Source of the DNA: a virus
DNA: 43,549 nucleotides
IMG/VR virus record: IMGVR_UViG_3300028901_000024
Coordinates: 1-43,549 of that record
Reading direction: 5' to 3' (one strand)
A program made the position numbers and the translations under genes. Below the pieces are notes generated by a model. The model was not told the origin of the DNA and did no database searches. It worked only from the letters and a program-made list of their open reading frames with translations. Shown piece after piece: positions 1-8,824 of the stretch (position 1 is its first letter; every line of letters starts with the position of its first letter).

Positions 1-141
1 CAGGTGCTCTCTGCTGGGCACACGCCGCAAGCAATATTAATGGTATAATAATCACATTTTTATTCATTGAGCCTTCTCCTATCTTGTTGGTTTAATGATC
101 TCCGCCTTGCGCCGGTAGATACGGTTGGTAGTTCTTGAATC
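1..141. repeat. Terminal redundancy copy 1 (identical to 43409-43549)
   Basis: Read directly: caggtgctctctgctggg...gttcttgaatc occurs at both ends. It lies inside coding DNA (lipoprotein gene 5' end and integrase 3' end). Confidence 0.98.
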
Positions 142-1158
142 CACGTGGGCAAGCAGCTGGCGTGCACGCTCCAAACTCTCAGCGTCGCTACCCACTTTCG
201 CTCGGATATCGTGCTCGGTGAAGCGCACCTTGACGCCTGTCTCTTCCATCACCCGGTCAAGCCAGTTCTGCCACATGCTGTTCCACCCGGCAGGGTCTGC
301 GGTGTTGTCGTCTTTAAAATAACACTCCCCCCGGCGGGTGCAGAACAGCCACGGCGACACGTCTACCGGCCTTGCTTCAAGCGCAAGCTTAAACGCTGTA
401 CGCAGCTCTTCAGTCCACTCATAAATGACGGCCTTACCGGTTTTGCGGATAGTGACCTCGAGTCCGCTTTCAGTAAAATCGGATACTCGCAAACGGAGCA
501 GATCGCCACGCCGTAGACCTGTGAGGAGTTTGAGTCGGAGATATCCGTGTACAGTGTGCACGCTTCCTCTTTTCCGCACTGATGGCAATGAAAGCGCGGC
601 GACCAGTTCTTCATCTTTAACATAACGGGTTCTTGGTTTTTCTCCTTCAATGCGCACCTCCCCTTTAAATGGATGTTTACTAATCAGTCCCCACTCAACC
701 GCTTTACTGAGGGCGTGGCTGAGTGTTGCTACTTCATGACGCGCGGCAGTCAGCCCACCGAGCAGGCGCCCCTTGCTGTCTTTCTTTTTCTTCCTGCGCT
801 CGGTGACGTACAGGTAGATGTGCCTCGGTTCAATCGCGGTAAGCCTTGCAGTGCCGAACACTTTAGTAAGCTTTGCTATGTGCCTCGCACGCTCGGCACG
901 CACCTTCGCAGGTTTGTATGGGAGCACCTCCCGGGCGTAGCGTGTAAGCAGCTCGCCGACATTTGTCACACGTGATACCTCGCCGACTTTCTCAGCCCAC
1001 TTCGCGTATGCTTCCGGTAATGTTCTGCCTAACCGGTACGTCTTCTTTCCTTCCCACTCGCTTTCACGTCCGGGTGGGACTTGGTAATAGTAGGCGTTCC
1101 TAACGAAGCGCCACCGAGCCGGTAGACCTTTGTTCTCTGTTTTCCGTGGTTTAGGCAT
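79..1158 (-). CDS. int: Tyrosine integrase, lambda-Int-like with N-terminal arm-binding domain
   Basis: 359-aa ORF with an ATG start. The N-terminus LPARWRFVRNAYYYQVP...LGR resembles the lambda Int arm-binding domain. Catalytic signatures are LLTGLRRGD (Arg), HDIRAK (H-x-x-R) and HVDSRTTNRIY (His/Tyr). It sits next to the attP region. Confidence 0.95.
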   Translation of the reverse strand: MPKPRKTENKGLPARWRFVRNAYYYQVPPGRESEWEGKKTYRLGRTLPEAYAKWAEKVGEVSRVTNVGELLTRYAREVLPYKPAKVRAERARHIAKLTKVFGTARLTAIEPRHIYLYVTERRKKKKDSKGRLLGGLTAARHEVATLSHALSKAVEWGLISKHPFKGEVRIEGEKPRTRYVKDEELVAALSLPSVRKRGSVHTVHGYLRLKLLTGLRRGDLLRLRVSDFTESGLEVTIRKTGKAVIYEWTEELRTAFKLALEARPVDVSPWLFCTRRGECYFKDDNTADPAGWNSMWQNWLDRVMEETGVKVRFTEHDIRAKVGSDAESLERARQLLAHVDSRTTNRIYRRKAEIIKPTR

Positions 1159-1164
1159 CCGCTA

Positions 1165-1180
1165 ATTATAGCAAATGCTT
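1165..1180 (-). promoter_or_regulatory. Copy 1 of the 16-nt promoter/operator element (AAGCATTTGCTATAAT on the minus strand), upstream of int
   Basis: Extended -10 consensus TGCTATAAT. The hexamer ends 6 nt before the int ATG and there is no Shine-Dalgarno between them. The element lies inside a 9-bp inverted repeat AATTATAGC(1164-1172)/GCTATAATT(1189-1197). Confidence 0.45.
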
Positions 1181-1195
1181 CAACGGAAGCTATAA

Positions 1196-1411
1196 TTATA
1201 TTAACGATTGGTCAATCTCAAACGCCTGATTAACCGATTGTTTTATACGGGTAACACCCATTATCTCTTCGACATGCTCCCTAAAGACCAGCACCTGACC
1301 GTCGGCTGGACGCTGCTTGGCGATGATGCCGAGCTCCCGTAGCGCACGCATCTGCGCGTCGCTACGGACGTAACCGGTAAGTGCAACAATCTCTTCGGGA
1401 GTAAGCAGCAT
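1196..1411 (-). CDS. DUF4224-like small protein, possible excisionase/recombination directionality factor
   Basis: The internal ATG at 1411 gives MLLTPEEIVALTGY..., the usual N-terminus of DUF4224 proteins found next to integrases (recollection). Its start overlaps the upstream stop (TAATG). Confidence 0.7.
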   Translation of the reverse strand: MLLTPEEIVALTGYVRSDAQMRALRELGIIAKQRPADGQVLVFREHVEEIMGVTRIKQSVNQAFEIDQSLI

Positions 1412-1677
1412 TAAGCCTCTAACGTATCGGCAACGAGTTTGGCGTAGCCGGCGATGTCGTCCCAAGAATCTTTGTAGTCGGGGTCACCGTTAAGGATGCG
1501 ACCTATCTTGTGCGCGATCATCTCTAAGGCTTCTTTCTGATTGTCTCTAAGCAACTTCCAACGTGGTGTGTGAACCATTGCGCCTTTTATGTTCTGCGTG
1601 ATCAATGCGTGCCCTCGGAAATCTCCATAACGTTTTCCGCGCTCGGTTATTAGGTTAGCAATATCTGTCATTCTCAT
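1411..1677 (-). CDS. Conserved phage protein (DUF6378-like by recollection)
   Basis: 88-aa ORF. Its ATG overlaps the SNF2 stop (ATGA at 1674-1677). The ERGKRYGDF motif is present. Confidence 0.75.
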   Translation of the reverse strand: MRMTDIANLITERGKRYGDFRGHALITQNIKGAMVHTPRWKLLRDNQKEALEMIAHKIGRILNGDPDYKDSWDDIAGYAKLVADTLEA

Positions 1678-3086
1678 TTTCTCCTTCGCTTCAATGCTTC
1701 GAGTAAAATATCCTGCACCTCGCGTTTGCTCTCCATGCGCTTCATCACGTCTTCTTCAATGGTGTCGCGGGCGACAATGTGGTGGATGAACACCGGGCGG
1801 TTGTGCCCGGACTGGGCTTGCCGTGTAGGCCCTATGCGTTCGATGATCTGCAGGTACTCTTCGAGGTTCCAGTTGTGCCCGAAGAAAGCAAGGATGTTGC
1901 CGCCGTCTTGGAGGTTGAGGCCGTGACCTGCGCTGACTGGATGTGCAAGCAATATTTGTATCTTTCCAGCGTTCCAGTCGCGCAAGGTAGTTGGGTTCTT
2001 ATCCAATGTTCTAGCGCCGGGGAAGGCCCGTAGTAACCGATCAAGGTCTGAGCGAAAATGGTATGCAACCAGTACTGGCATACCAGCAGCCTCCTCGATG
2101 ACATCTTCAAGGGCTTGAATCTTAACATCGTGTATCTCCTTCCATGCTCTGGCTTTGGGTGAACTATCATCAACTACTTCCGGGTCTACATAGGCCGCGC
2201 CGTTGGCAATCTGTAAACACTTCATGGTGCGGGCTGCTGCGTTGAACGCTTCCACCTCGTGGCCTTCCAGCTCCATGAACATGCGACGTTCCATATCTTG
2301 GTACAGCGCCCGGGCTTTCGGCGGCAGGTCTACATAGATCATGTTGACGATAGGCTCGGCGATATCAAAGTAGTCGGCTGCGTTGAGGGACAGGCATATA
2401 TCCCTGAGCTTGTCCTCGATCTGTTCCTGCGCGAACGGCAAGGGTTCGATCTTGAAGCCGTCAAAGCTTTTCTGAAACCACCGCTGACGGAAAGCGTCGA
2501 ACGTGCGGCCGAGGCGTTGACCGGCGTCAAGGAACCATGTCTGGCCCCACAAGTCCTGAAGCCCGTTCGGCGACGGCGTACCGGTAAGGTTCACCCAACG
2601 GTCGCACTGACTGTGGGCTATACGTGCGAGCGCCCGGGCGCGGACAGTGCCTTGCCGTAAGCGGAAACCTTTTAACTTGGTGGACTCGTCCGCAATGATC
2701 GGACCGAAAGGCCAAGGCCTCTCGCTCAGGAAATTCACTAGCCACGGCAGGTTCTCGTAGTTGATGGTGAACACAGCGGCGTTCTTGTTGCGCAGGGCAG
2801 TAGCCCGCTCAACGGAACTACCGACAATCGGCTGCACTTCCATACCGCTTAAGTGCTCCCACTTCGCCGCCTCGTCAGGCCATGTGTTTTGGGCAACGCG
2901 CAGGGGCGCCACCACCAATGCCGGCTTCGTGACATGCCCTGATATTTGTAACTTATCCAGACCGGTGAGCGTACTCACGGTCTTGCCAAGACCCATGCCA
3001 GCCCACACACCAGCACGCGGTGTGTCCAGCATGTGGTCTTCTATGTATCGCTGGTAAACGCGAGGAACGAAGGGTACGCGGGTCAT
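1674..3086 (-). CDS. SNF2/DEAD-like helicase
   Basis: Motif I is GMGLGKT, motif II is IIADESTKLK, and the C-terminal helicase block is HPVSAGHGLNLQ. The start is chosen at ATG 3086, which overlaps the stop of the upstream small ORF (ATGA). The track start at 3140 is a TTG. Confidence 0.9.
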   Translation of the reverse strand: MTRVPFVPRVYQRYIEDHMLDTPRAGVWAGMGLGKTVSTLTGLDKLQISGHVTKPALVVAPLRVAQNTWPDEAAKWEHLSGMEVQPIVGSSVERATALRNKNAAVFTINYENLPWLVNFLSERPWPFGPIIADESTKLKGFRLRQGTVRARALARIAHSQCDRWVNLTGTPSPNGLQDLWGQTWFLDAGQRLGRTFDAFRQRWFQKSFDGFKIEPLPFAQEQIEDKLRDICLSLNAADYFDIAEPIVNMIYVDLPPKARALYQDMERRMFMELEGHEVEAFNAAARTMKCLQIANGAAYVDPEVVDDSSPKARAWKEIHDVKIQALEDVIEEAAGMPVLVAYHFRSDLDRLLRAFPGARTLDKNPTTLRDWNAGKIQILLAHPVSAGHGLNLQDGGNILAFFGHNWNLEEYLQIIERIGPTRQAQSGHNRPVFIHHIVARDTIEEDVMKRMESKREVQDILLEALKRRRK

Positions 3087-3256
3087 GATCTGTACCAACG
3101 CCACAACAGAATAGCACGGTTCCATTGGTATCTGAACCAATAGAATCTCTCTTCAAAACGGGGCATATAGGGGACCAAAACCCGTTCTTTTCCTTTCTTG
3201 TATACTGACAGCAAAACAAAACCTTTCCGCCGGTCATGTGGGTATTTCAATGTCAT
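3083..3256 (-). CDS. Hypothetical small protein (57 aa)
   Basis: ATGA overlaps occur at both ends (3253-3256 with the upstream ORF, 3083-3086 with SNF2). It fills an otherwise non-coding gap. Confidence 0.5.
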   Translation of the reverse strand: MTLKYPHDRRKGFVLLSVYKKGKERVLVPYMPRFEERFYWFRYQWNRAILLWRWYRS

Positions 3257-3441
3257 ACCAAGTCCCACCCTTCTTCAGCTACCACCGGTAAAGTCGCGGT
3301 CCGTTCTGCGTATTGCTGCATTAGCTGGGCTTGCCACGCTTGCGGCATTTCTCCTCGGCCAACCATGAGCGTACTGAAAGAACCCGGATTATCGAGATTC
3401 TCAAAAGACACCATGTGAATTTTGTAGTTAGGACTGCGCAT
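3253..3441 (-). CDS. Hypothetical small protein (62 aa)
   Basis: ATG start overlapping the VRR-NUC stop by 14 nt. Same strand and packing as its neighbours. Confidence 0.5.
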   Translation of the reverse strand: MRSPNYKIHMVSFENLDNPGSFSTLMVGRGEMPQAWQAQLMQQYAERTATLPVVAEEGWDLV

Positions 3442-3703
3442 ACGTCAGGAACCAATCGACTTGGGAAATGCTGCTGATCTCGTAGACCTCAAAACCGGCA
3501 ACGCGCAGACGTTCGTGCTCACGCATCTGGGCTGGTGTCGCCTCTTTACCGGGGCGTTTTAGCTCTACAAAAGCATGGTACATGCGAAGCATGACCAACC
3601 GATCTGGCGCGTTGCGCCGGCCGACCCATTTGACCTTGCGCACTTCGCCGCCTAAATCTTCTACCCGTTTCTTCAGGTACCGTTCTACGTCGCGCTCGCG
3701 CAT
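3428..3703 (-). CDS. VRR-NUC domain nuclease
   Basis: PD-(D/E)XK-type signature APDRLVM...FVELKRPG. ATG 3703 is preceded by GAAGGA. The track start at 3724 is a TTG. Confidence 0.85.
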   Translation of the reverse strand: MRERDVERYLKKRVEDLGGEVRKVKWVGRRNAPDRLVMLRMYHAFVELKRPGKEATPAQMREHERLRVAGFEVYEISSISQVDWFLTYAQS

Positions 3704-3704
3704 A

Positions 3705-3962
3705 TCAGTTGTCCTTCTTGTCAACCGCTTCGCGCAATGATGCGAGCTTCAGGCTCAGGTCAACCAGCTCATCAGCTGCAAAGCGCCAACACGGACGGTC
3801 GACCATCATTGCCAACCCTCCCGGGTGTGGTACTTGCCGTATCTCGTCAGGGTTTATGCCGAGTTTCTGGCAGAAAATGCGAGCGGCTTTTTCGTAAGGC
3901 ACAAGATGCGCTTCGTCGAAACTGTTGGTGTTTGGCTTCTTTAGAATGATAGGTGTGTTCAT
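3705..3962 (-). CDS. Hypothetical protein (85 aa)
   Basis: ATG start 2 nt after the polymerase stop. It is tightly packed in the operon. Confidence 0.7.
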   Translation of the reverse strand: MNTPIILKKPNTNSFDEAHLVPYEKAARIFCQKLGINPDEIRQVPHPGGLAMMVDRPCWRFAADELVDLSLKLASLREAVDKKDN

Positions 3963-3964
3963 GC

Positions 3965-6100
3965 TTAATCCTTCTTGTATCTGTAGTTTTCAAAACCACC
4001 GGCGGCGAGTGGCAGGTCGGGCGCCCACTTGGGGTTGGTGGCGAGTAGTTTAGACAATATCCGAGAAGTGTGTGACGGGTACGGTGGGAGAGTCGGGTCT
4101 GTGTAGTACGTCATCGGCGCCTCGGTAATAAGTTCGTCATGTACGGAGAGGACAATCTCATACCCGGCTTCTTCAATCTTTGGCATGTTCGCCGCCATCA
4201 CATCACGCGCGACAGCTTGGCAAATATTCTCGAATAACTTGCCGCCGTAGGTAGTAATGCGTCTCCACTTCCGGCTGTAATTGTCCATACCCATGTAACT
4301 TATCTTGCCGTCTTCGCAGCGCGGGCTCGCGTAGCAGAGTGAGCGGCCAGAAGGCAGGATGATGCGCAGCCACGCGCCATCACGGCGGAAGGTGAGCTTG
4401 CGGCAGGTGCAGTCCACACCCGGGTTAGACAACGCGTACACGTAGGCAACCGACAACTCAGGCCAATAAGAGTTGATTTCGGGGTGGGCTTCGCGCCACA
4501 GGCGCTTCAGCGCGTCGCAAACCACGTAGGTCTTAGCTTCTAGTCCGAAAGTCTGTTTGCGTTTGGTCGCCCATTTCCACGCGCCTTCAGCTTCCGCAAG
4601 TGTATCGGCAGGTATAACGTCCCACGCCGCCTCGGCCATCTCGTCAAGGTCAATCCCGTACGTCGCGGCACCGGTGATGAACGCGCCTACGCCACCTTCA
4701 TATTGAAGCATGAGCTCCATCACTTTACCGATCTGGCGTTGCGGTCCTTTCTCTTCCCCGCCGTCTACTTCACTAGGGTCAATGTTGAACGCCTTTGCGT
4801 AGGCCAGCCGGTAGAGGTCTGTCCCTTCGCCAGCGTCATAGTTCCTGAAAGCCTCGAGCTTCCACTCCTCACCGGCAAGCCACGCTGCGGTACGCCCTTC
4901 GATGTTCGACAGGTCGGACACGACCAGCTTGCGCCCAGCGGGTGCAACAATGCAGCCACGTATAGCATTGCTAGTGAGTTCCATAACATTATCGTAGAGC
5001 AGATCAGCACATCCGGCTTTAAGGGCTTCGATTCCATCGTCGATCACTTTCTGTTTGAGGTTAGGTCTCGGTAAGTTCTGCGGCTGGAAGGTGCGGCCTG
5101 ACCAACGACCTGTACGGCTGGCGCCACAGAACTGCAGCGTGCCGCGCAGGCGGTTGTCGGGTGACACGGCATTGATCAGGGACTTGTATTTGCTCGTGCT
5201 GGTGGTGCTCGCCTGCAGCCGTATGCCGAGCAGGTTACGCAGTTCAATCGGCAGGTCGGGGTCGCTCATGCGCCGTTCCAGTGTGTCGGCCTGCAGGTCG
5301 GGCAACTCTACTCCGTAGGCTCCGAGTATAAATCGGAGAAGCTGGTCACGTTTGTTAGCGGAGCTAACGAGTCCAAGCGTGGCAGTGCTGGTGCGTGTTG
5401 CGAGACTGGACTGTGCGCGTTCAACTGCTGTAATAGCTGCTCGAGCCAGTTCCGTATCAACGCAGACCCCGCGATCATTGATGCGTTGGTCCAGACGCCA
5501 GAGTTCAAGCTCACCGTTACGGTAATTCCATGAAGGGAGCTTGTGATAGACTGCACGCATGGCTTCGACATCGAGTCTTGCGTATTCGACGAATTGTCGC
5601 CATTCCACGGGGTGAGTTTCACGGGTTGCCCTCCTCAGTTTTTGGTTTTTCGGTCGCGGTTTGCAGAACAAGTTGACCAGCTCACGTCCGCGTTTATCTT
5701 TCGCTTTATCAACTGGCACGCCCATGATCTCGCACAACGTCCCGAGCGAGCCGGGTAGCCCGTGCGCAAGGGCGCGTACCATCGTGTCGTGCACGCGCTC
5801 GACTGGTATCTCGACACCCAGCGCGTGGCGCAGGACAGTGCGGTCGAACATGCTGTTGTGTATGGCGATGGTGGTGTCGTAGTACATACAATCCGCAAAA
5901 AGACGCCCTTTCTTATCAGCTAGCGCCATGACCTCTGCGGCAGTGGCTTTAGCGTTGTGCGTGAAGTCGATCACTTCCACCGGTCCGTCATCAACCGCGA
6001 AGGCTACAAGCATAACTTCGGCCGCTTCGGCGTAGACGTACGTGCCGTTCTTAATCGGCACTTCGCTGTAAGTTTCTAGGTCGAGAAAGAGTATGGTCAC
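3965..6100 (-). CDS. Family-A DNA polymerase with 3'-5' exonuclease domain
   Basis: Exo I is LFLDLETYS, motif B-like is RQIGKVMELMLQYEGG and motif C is LSVHDELITE. The ORF is 711 aa. Confidence 0.95.
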   Translation of the reverse strand: MTILFLDLETYSEVPIKNGTYVYAEAAEVMLVAFAVDDGPVEVIDFTHNAKATAAEVMALADKKGRLFADCMYYDTTIAIHNSMFDRTVLRHALGVEIPVERVHDTMVRALAHGLPGSLGTLCEIMGVPVDKAKDKRGRELVNLFCKPRPKNQKLRRATRETHPVEWRQFVEYARLDVEAMRAVYHKLPSWNYRNGELELWRLDQRINDRGVCVDTELARAAITAVERAQSSLATRTSTATLGLVSSANKRDQLLRFILGAYGVELPDLQADTLERRMSDPDLPIELRNLLGIRLQASTTSTSKYKSLINAVSPDNRLRGTLQFCGASRTGRWSGRTFQPQNLPRPNLKQKVIDDGIEALKAGCADLLYDNVMELTSNAIRGCIVAPAGRKLVVSDLSNIEGRTAAWLAGEEWKLEAFRNYDAGEGTDLYRLAYAKAFNIDPSEVDGGEEKGPQRQIGKVMELMLQYEGGVGAFITGAATYGIDLDEMAEAAWDVIPADTLAEAEGAWKWATKRKQTFGLEAKTYVVCDALKRLWREAHPEINSYWPELSVAYVYALSNPGVDCTCRKLTFRRDGAWLRIILPSGRSLCYASPRCEDGKISYMGMDNYSRKWRRITTYGGKLFENICQAVARDVMAANMPKIEEAGYEIVLSVHDELITEAPMTYYTDPTLPPYPSHTSRILSKLLATNPKWAPDLPLAAGGFENYRYKKD

Positions 6101-6294
6101 GAAACTGCTCTCGCTTTCGCCGGTAGCGCCTCTACAAAATCCATGTCATGCTTAATCTGGAAACTCTCGCGTGCAGCGTCAAAGTCCTGTTCTTTGCGCT
6201 TGCTCGGACAACGGTAGTAGTCGTTTAGCATTTCCTGCAGTTTCTCTGCCTCACGCTGACGTTCAATCTGCACTGTAAAAGGTATCGTTGTCAT
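6097..6294 (-). CDS. Hypothetical protein (65 aa)
   Basis: ATGA overlap with the polymerase start. AGGGGA lies 6 nt upstream of its ATG. Confidence 0.65.
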   Translation of the reverse strand: MTTIPFTVQIERQREAEKLQEMLNDYYRCPSKRKEQDFDAARESFQIKHDMDFVEALPAKARAVS

Positions 6295-6311
6295 AAATCC
6301 CCTGTGTAGTT

Positions 6312-6435
6312 GCTCTTTGCGGTAGCGGGTGTCCTATTTGGTCTTAACGCTTTACCAAACCCAGAGCCGTCGATCTGGGAGTCGCTATCTTAGGGCTCCC
6401 GCTACCGCAAAGAGCCCGGGGTGTGTTAGCCCCGG
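6312..6435 (-). other. Structured intergenic element: ~24-bp helix closing two abutting hairpins, plus an adjacent GC hairpin
   Basis: A perfect 18-nt inverted repeat is GCTCTTTGCGGTAGCGGG (6312-6329) / CCCGCTACCGCAAAGAGC (6398-6415). It extends after one T.T mismatch by GTCCTA/TAGGGC. The inner hairpins are TTTGGT/ACCAAA (6337-6359) and CCCAGA/TCTGGG (6360-6379). CCGGGG/CCCCGG follows at 6416-6435. Confidence 0.6.
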
Positions 6436-6518
6436 CACTCTCGCTATCGTTGGGCTGTACCGATGACACGTATGTCCACCGCCTGCTCCTCGCGAAGTCA
6501 GGTACCCAACCATATTCC

Positions 6519-7061
6519 TTAAGCCAGTTCCTCCTCTGAAACGGCCAAGTCTTCAAACTCATCCGGGTTGGCAGGAGCGCCACCGGTGAAGGCGTCGCCG
6601 TCCTTATAGAACTGGACGCCACGCAGTGTGGCGTTCACGCGCTTGCCATAATTATTATCTTGTGCCCAGAGCTCAATGGAGGCAAACACGTAGCAGCCGG
6701 CGTAGGGTTTGCCGTCGGCGCGGCTGAGTTCCGTTTTGTCGCGGTCAACCACCAGCGGGCGCGTCTTGTTGCGGGCTGAGATGAACATGTTACCGGGGAA
6801 ACCTGCGTAGTTCTCTTTGAGGTCACCATCGTGTAAGCACACTTTGTCTTTCGCACGCATCTCTTTAATAACGCCAGCAGCTTTGGCGCCCCACTTTGCT
6901 TTGGCAATTTCGTCGATCGCAGCGTTGATCTCTTTTACCTGCGGGTCGTCCTTAGCCATGAGGAAGCTCGCCGAAAACGCCGGTTCGCCTTCACCATTTA
7001 CAGTCTTTGCCTCGAACAGTTCGGGAAAAGCCAGTCGTACATTTTTCAGTGTAATAATCAT
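6519..7061 (-). CDS. DUF2815-type ssDNA-binding-like protein
   Basis: MIITLKNVRLAFPELFE... is the usual N-terminus of this family (recollection). AAGGAA precedes ATG 7061. An alternative start at 7130 overlaps the upstream stop (ATGA). Confidence 0.8.
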   Translation of the reverse strand: MIITLKNVRLAFPELFEAKTVNGEGEPAFSASFLMAKDDPQVKEINAAIDEIAKAKWGAKAAGVIKEMRAKDKVCLHDGDLKENYAGFPGNMFISARNKTRPLVVDRDKTELSRADGKPYAGCYVFASIELWAQDNNYGKRVNATLRGVQFYKDGDAFTGGAPANPDEFEDLAVSEEELA

Positions 7062-7126
7062 TGCGTCAGTTCCTTTCTCTAAAAAATAGGGGTAGTCTTT
7101 AATGTTGATTGTTCTGCGCCGTTCGT

Positions 7127-8299
7127 TCATGCAAGCTCGTCTCCGACCACGGCGAAATCATCGGCAACGGGTTTAACGGCAAGCGCCGGTCGCTTGTCGG
7201 TTACCGGAGCGACGGACGGCTTGCCTTCGCTCTGGGTAATCAGCTCCTTCAACCGGCTCCACCGGCGAGGGGTGTCTTTGGTTAGCTTCTCTGCGGTTGC
7301 TGGCGTGATCAGTGTCATGTCGTACATTTCTTCAATCTTGAAACGCATTGACTTCAACGCTTCCTCTGCTTCCTTGGCATCCGCCCACTTGCGGTGGCCG
7401 CGTTTGCCTTCAACCAGTTTCCAATACTTAAGTTGCTCACCTGCAAAGAGCTTTGCTTCTATCTCCGCCCTCTTGGCCTTGATGAAACCCTCGAGAAGTT
7501 CCAAGGTTTCTGGGGTCGTCTCGCCGGTGAGGTCTTGAAAGTCGACAGCAGTTGCTTCTGAAGTTTTTTTTATAAGCGCGGGGCACGTGGCCTTAGCGCG
7601 GCAGAAGCGGCACTGTTTTTCGCCGGGTGAAAAATGATCGTAGGTCAGCTTTTGAGTTTGCGAGATCGAAACTTTAAGTAAAGCCTGATACGCTGCTTCT
7701 TTCGCTTCTTCACCAAAAGCTATCAACTCGTCCGCCGTGCAGTCCCACTCGCTCAGGTGCTTAATGCGTGGCTGGTGGATAACTAAACGTACGCGCTTGA
7801 AATCGCCTAACATGCCGAACTCGTTTAAAGCGCCGAGCGCATAAAGCATGAGCTGCTCGTTGTGCTCAGCGTCAACCTGCACACCCCGGCCGTATTTTAA
7901 ATCGTGGCATTGGATTTCGTCCGGGGTCAGTATCACTACGTCCGATGTGCCGAAGCTGTTGGCTACACCAATTCTGTCTGAGAAATCGACGCGCTGCTCG
8001 ACGAGCAGGATATGACCTTCAGCATACTCCATCACATTGTCCACGTACTGCTGAACTGCGTCACACATCTCGGCGTCAGCTGTATACCCGTTCGACAACA
8101 CTCGCCCTTCAAACTGCCATGTCTGCTTTGCTTGGCTGAGGAGTGTGAGCGCAGCCAGCTCGTGGGCGTCGGTGCCTTCATCTGCATATTTGCTGCTGGT
8201 GTTTGGTATCTTCTCCTCGAGCGCGAGCGAACCGGCGCAGCGCATCCAGCGGTGCGCGGAAGAAGGCGACAAGCGTGCGTGTGCTGATTGTTCGGTCAC
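7127..8299 (-). CDS. DUF2800 / PD-(D/E)XK (Cas4-like) nuclease
   Basis: N-terminus [23 protein letters not shown] motif and Cys cluster [11 protein letters not shown]. The GTG start overlaps the upstream stop (GTGA), with GAGG upstream. Confidence 0.85.
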   Translation of the reverse strand: MTEQSAHARLSPSSAHRWMRCAGSLALEEKIPNTSSKYADEGTDAHELAALTLLSQAKQTWQFEGRVLSNGYTADAEMCDAVQQYVDNVMEYAEGHILLVEQRVDFSDRIGVANSFGTSDVVILTPDEIQCHDLKYGRGVQVDAEHNEQLMLYALGALNEFGMLGDFKRVRLVIHQPRIKHLSEWDCTADELIAFGEEAKEAAYQALLKVSISQTQKLTYDHFSPGEKQCRFCRAKATCPALIKKTSEATAVDFQDLTGETTPETLELLEGFIKAKRAEIEAKLFAGEQLKYWKLVEGKRGHRKWADAKEAEEALKSMRFKIEEMYDMTLITPATAEKLTKDTPRRWSRLKELITQSEGKPSVAPVTDKRPALAVKPVADDFAVVGDELA

Positions 8300-8601
8300 G
8301 ATAACCTCATTGGAATGGTGTTGGGTTTAGGTTCGCCGATCATGCCGGTGCGTGGGTTGTAGTAGCGCACTAACCGGTTCACGACGTCTTCGAGCTTGGT
8401 ACCCTGCGGAGCCCACACCCCTATCTCTACGTTGCTGGTGCCGAGGAGAAGCAAGAACTGGTAGTCGGTGTGTTCTATGTTGACGGGGTTCCCGTCGGCA
8501 CCACGCTTCTGCGCGTCGATACGGATGTTAGAGTCGTCACGTTCGACCCAGTGACCGTCAGCGATACCACCAATGCACGTTCCTTTATAGCGGGCTGGCA
8601 T
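8296..8601 (-). CDS. Hypothetical protein (101 aa)
   Basis: ATG start. Overlaps both neighbours in the same operon. Confidence 0.7.
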   Translation of the reverse strand: MPARYKGTCIGGIADGHWVERDDSNIRIDAQKRGADGNPVNIEHTDYQFLLLLGTSNVEIGVWAPQGTKLEDVVNRLVRYYNPRTGMIGEPKPNTIPMRLS

Positions 8602-8824
8602 CTTTAAAAACCGTCCTTCCCTTTACCGATATCTTCTTCCATCTTCTGTAAACACCACGTGTGGTTTCCGGGGCGTTCACGGCGTAAGAAACCATGACTG
8701 GCTGGCGTTTGCCGTTCACGAGTTTCATCACTTGCTGATCGTGCCACACAAGCCGACGATCAGGCTGGCCCTGCGTAACCAGCTTTGCCATCTTACGCAG
8801 GGCTTTTGCTTTGACTGCTCGCAC
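8585..8824 (-). CDS. Hypothetical basic protein (79 aa)
   Basis: GTG start with GAGGAG 8 nt upstream. The start overlaps the upstream stop. Confidence 0.65.
   Translation of the reverse strand: MRAVKAKALRKMAKLVTQGQPDRRLVWHDQQVMKLVNGKRQPVMVSYAVNAPETTRGVYRRWKKISVKGRTVFKDASPL

Noticed and set aside
6344-6622. 92-aa minus-strand ORF spanning the structured intergenic element
   Set aside because: It overlaps the 3' end of the DUF2815 gene in another frame and runs through the 18-bp inverted repeat. It has no RBS. The region is better explained as a structured non-coding element.
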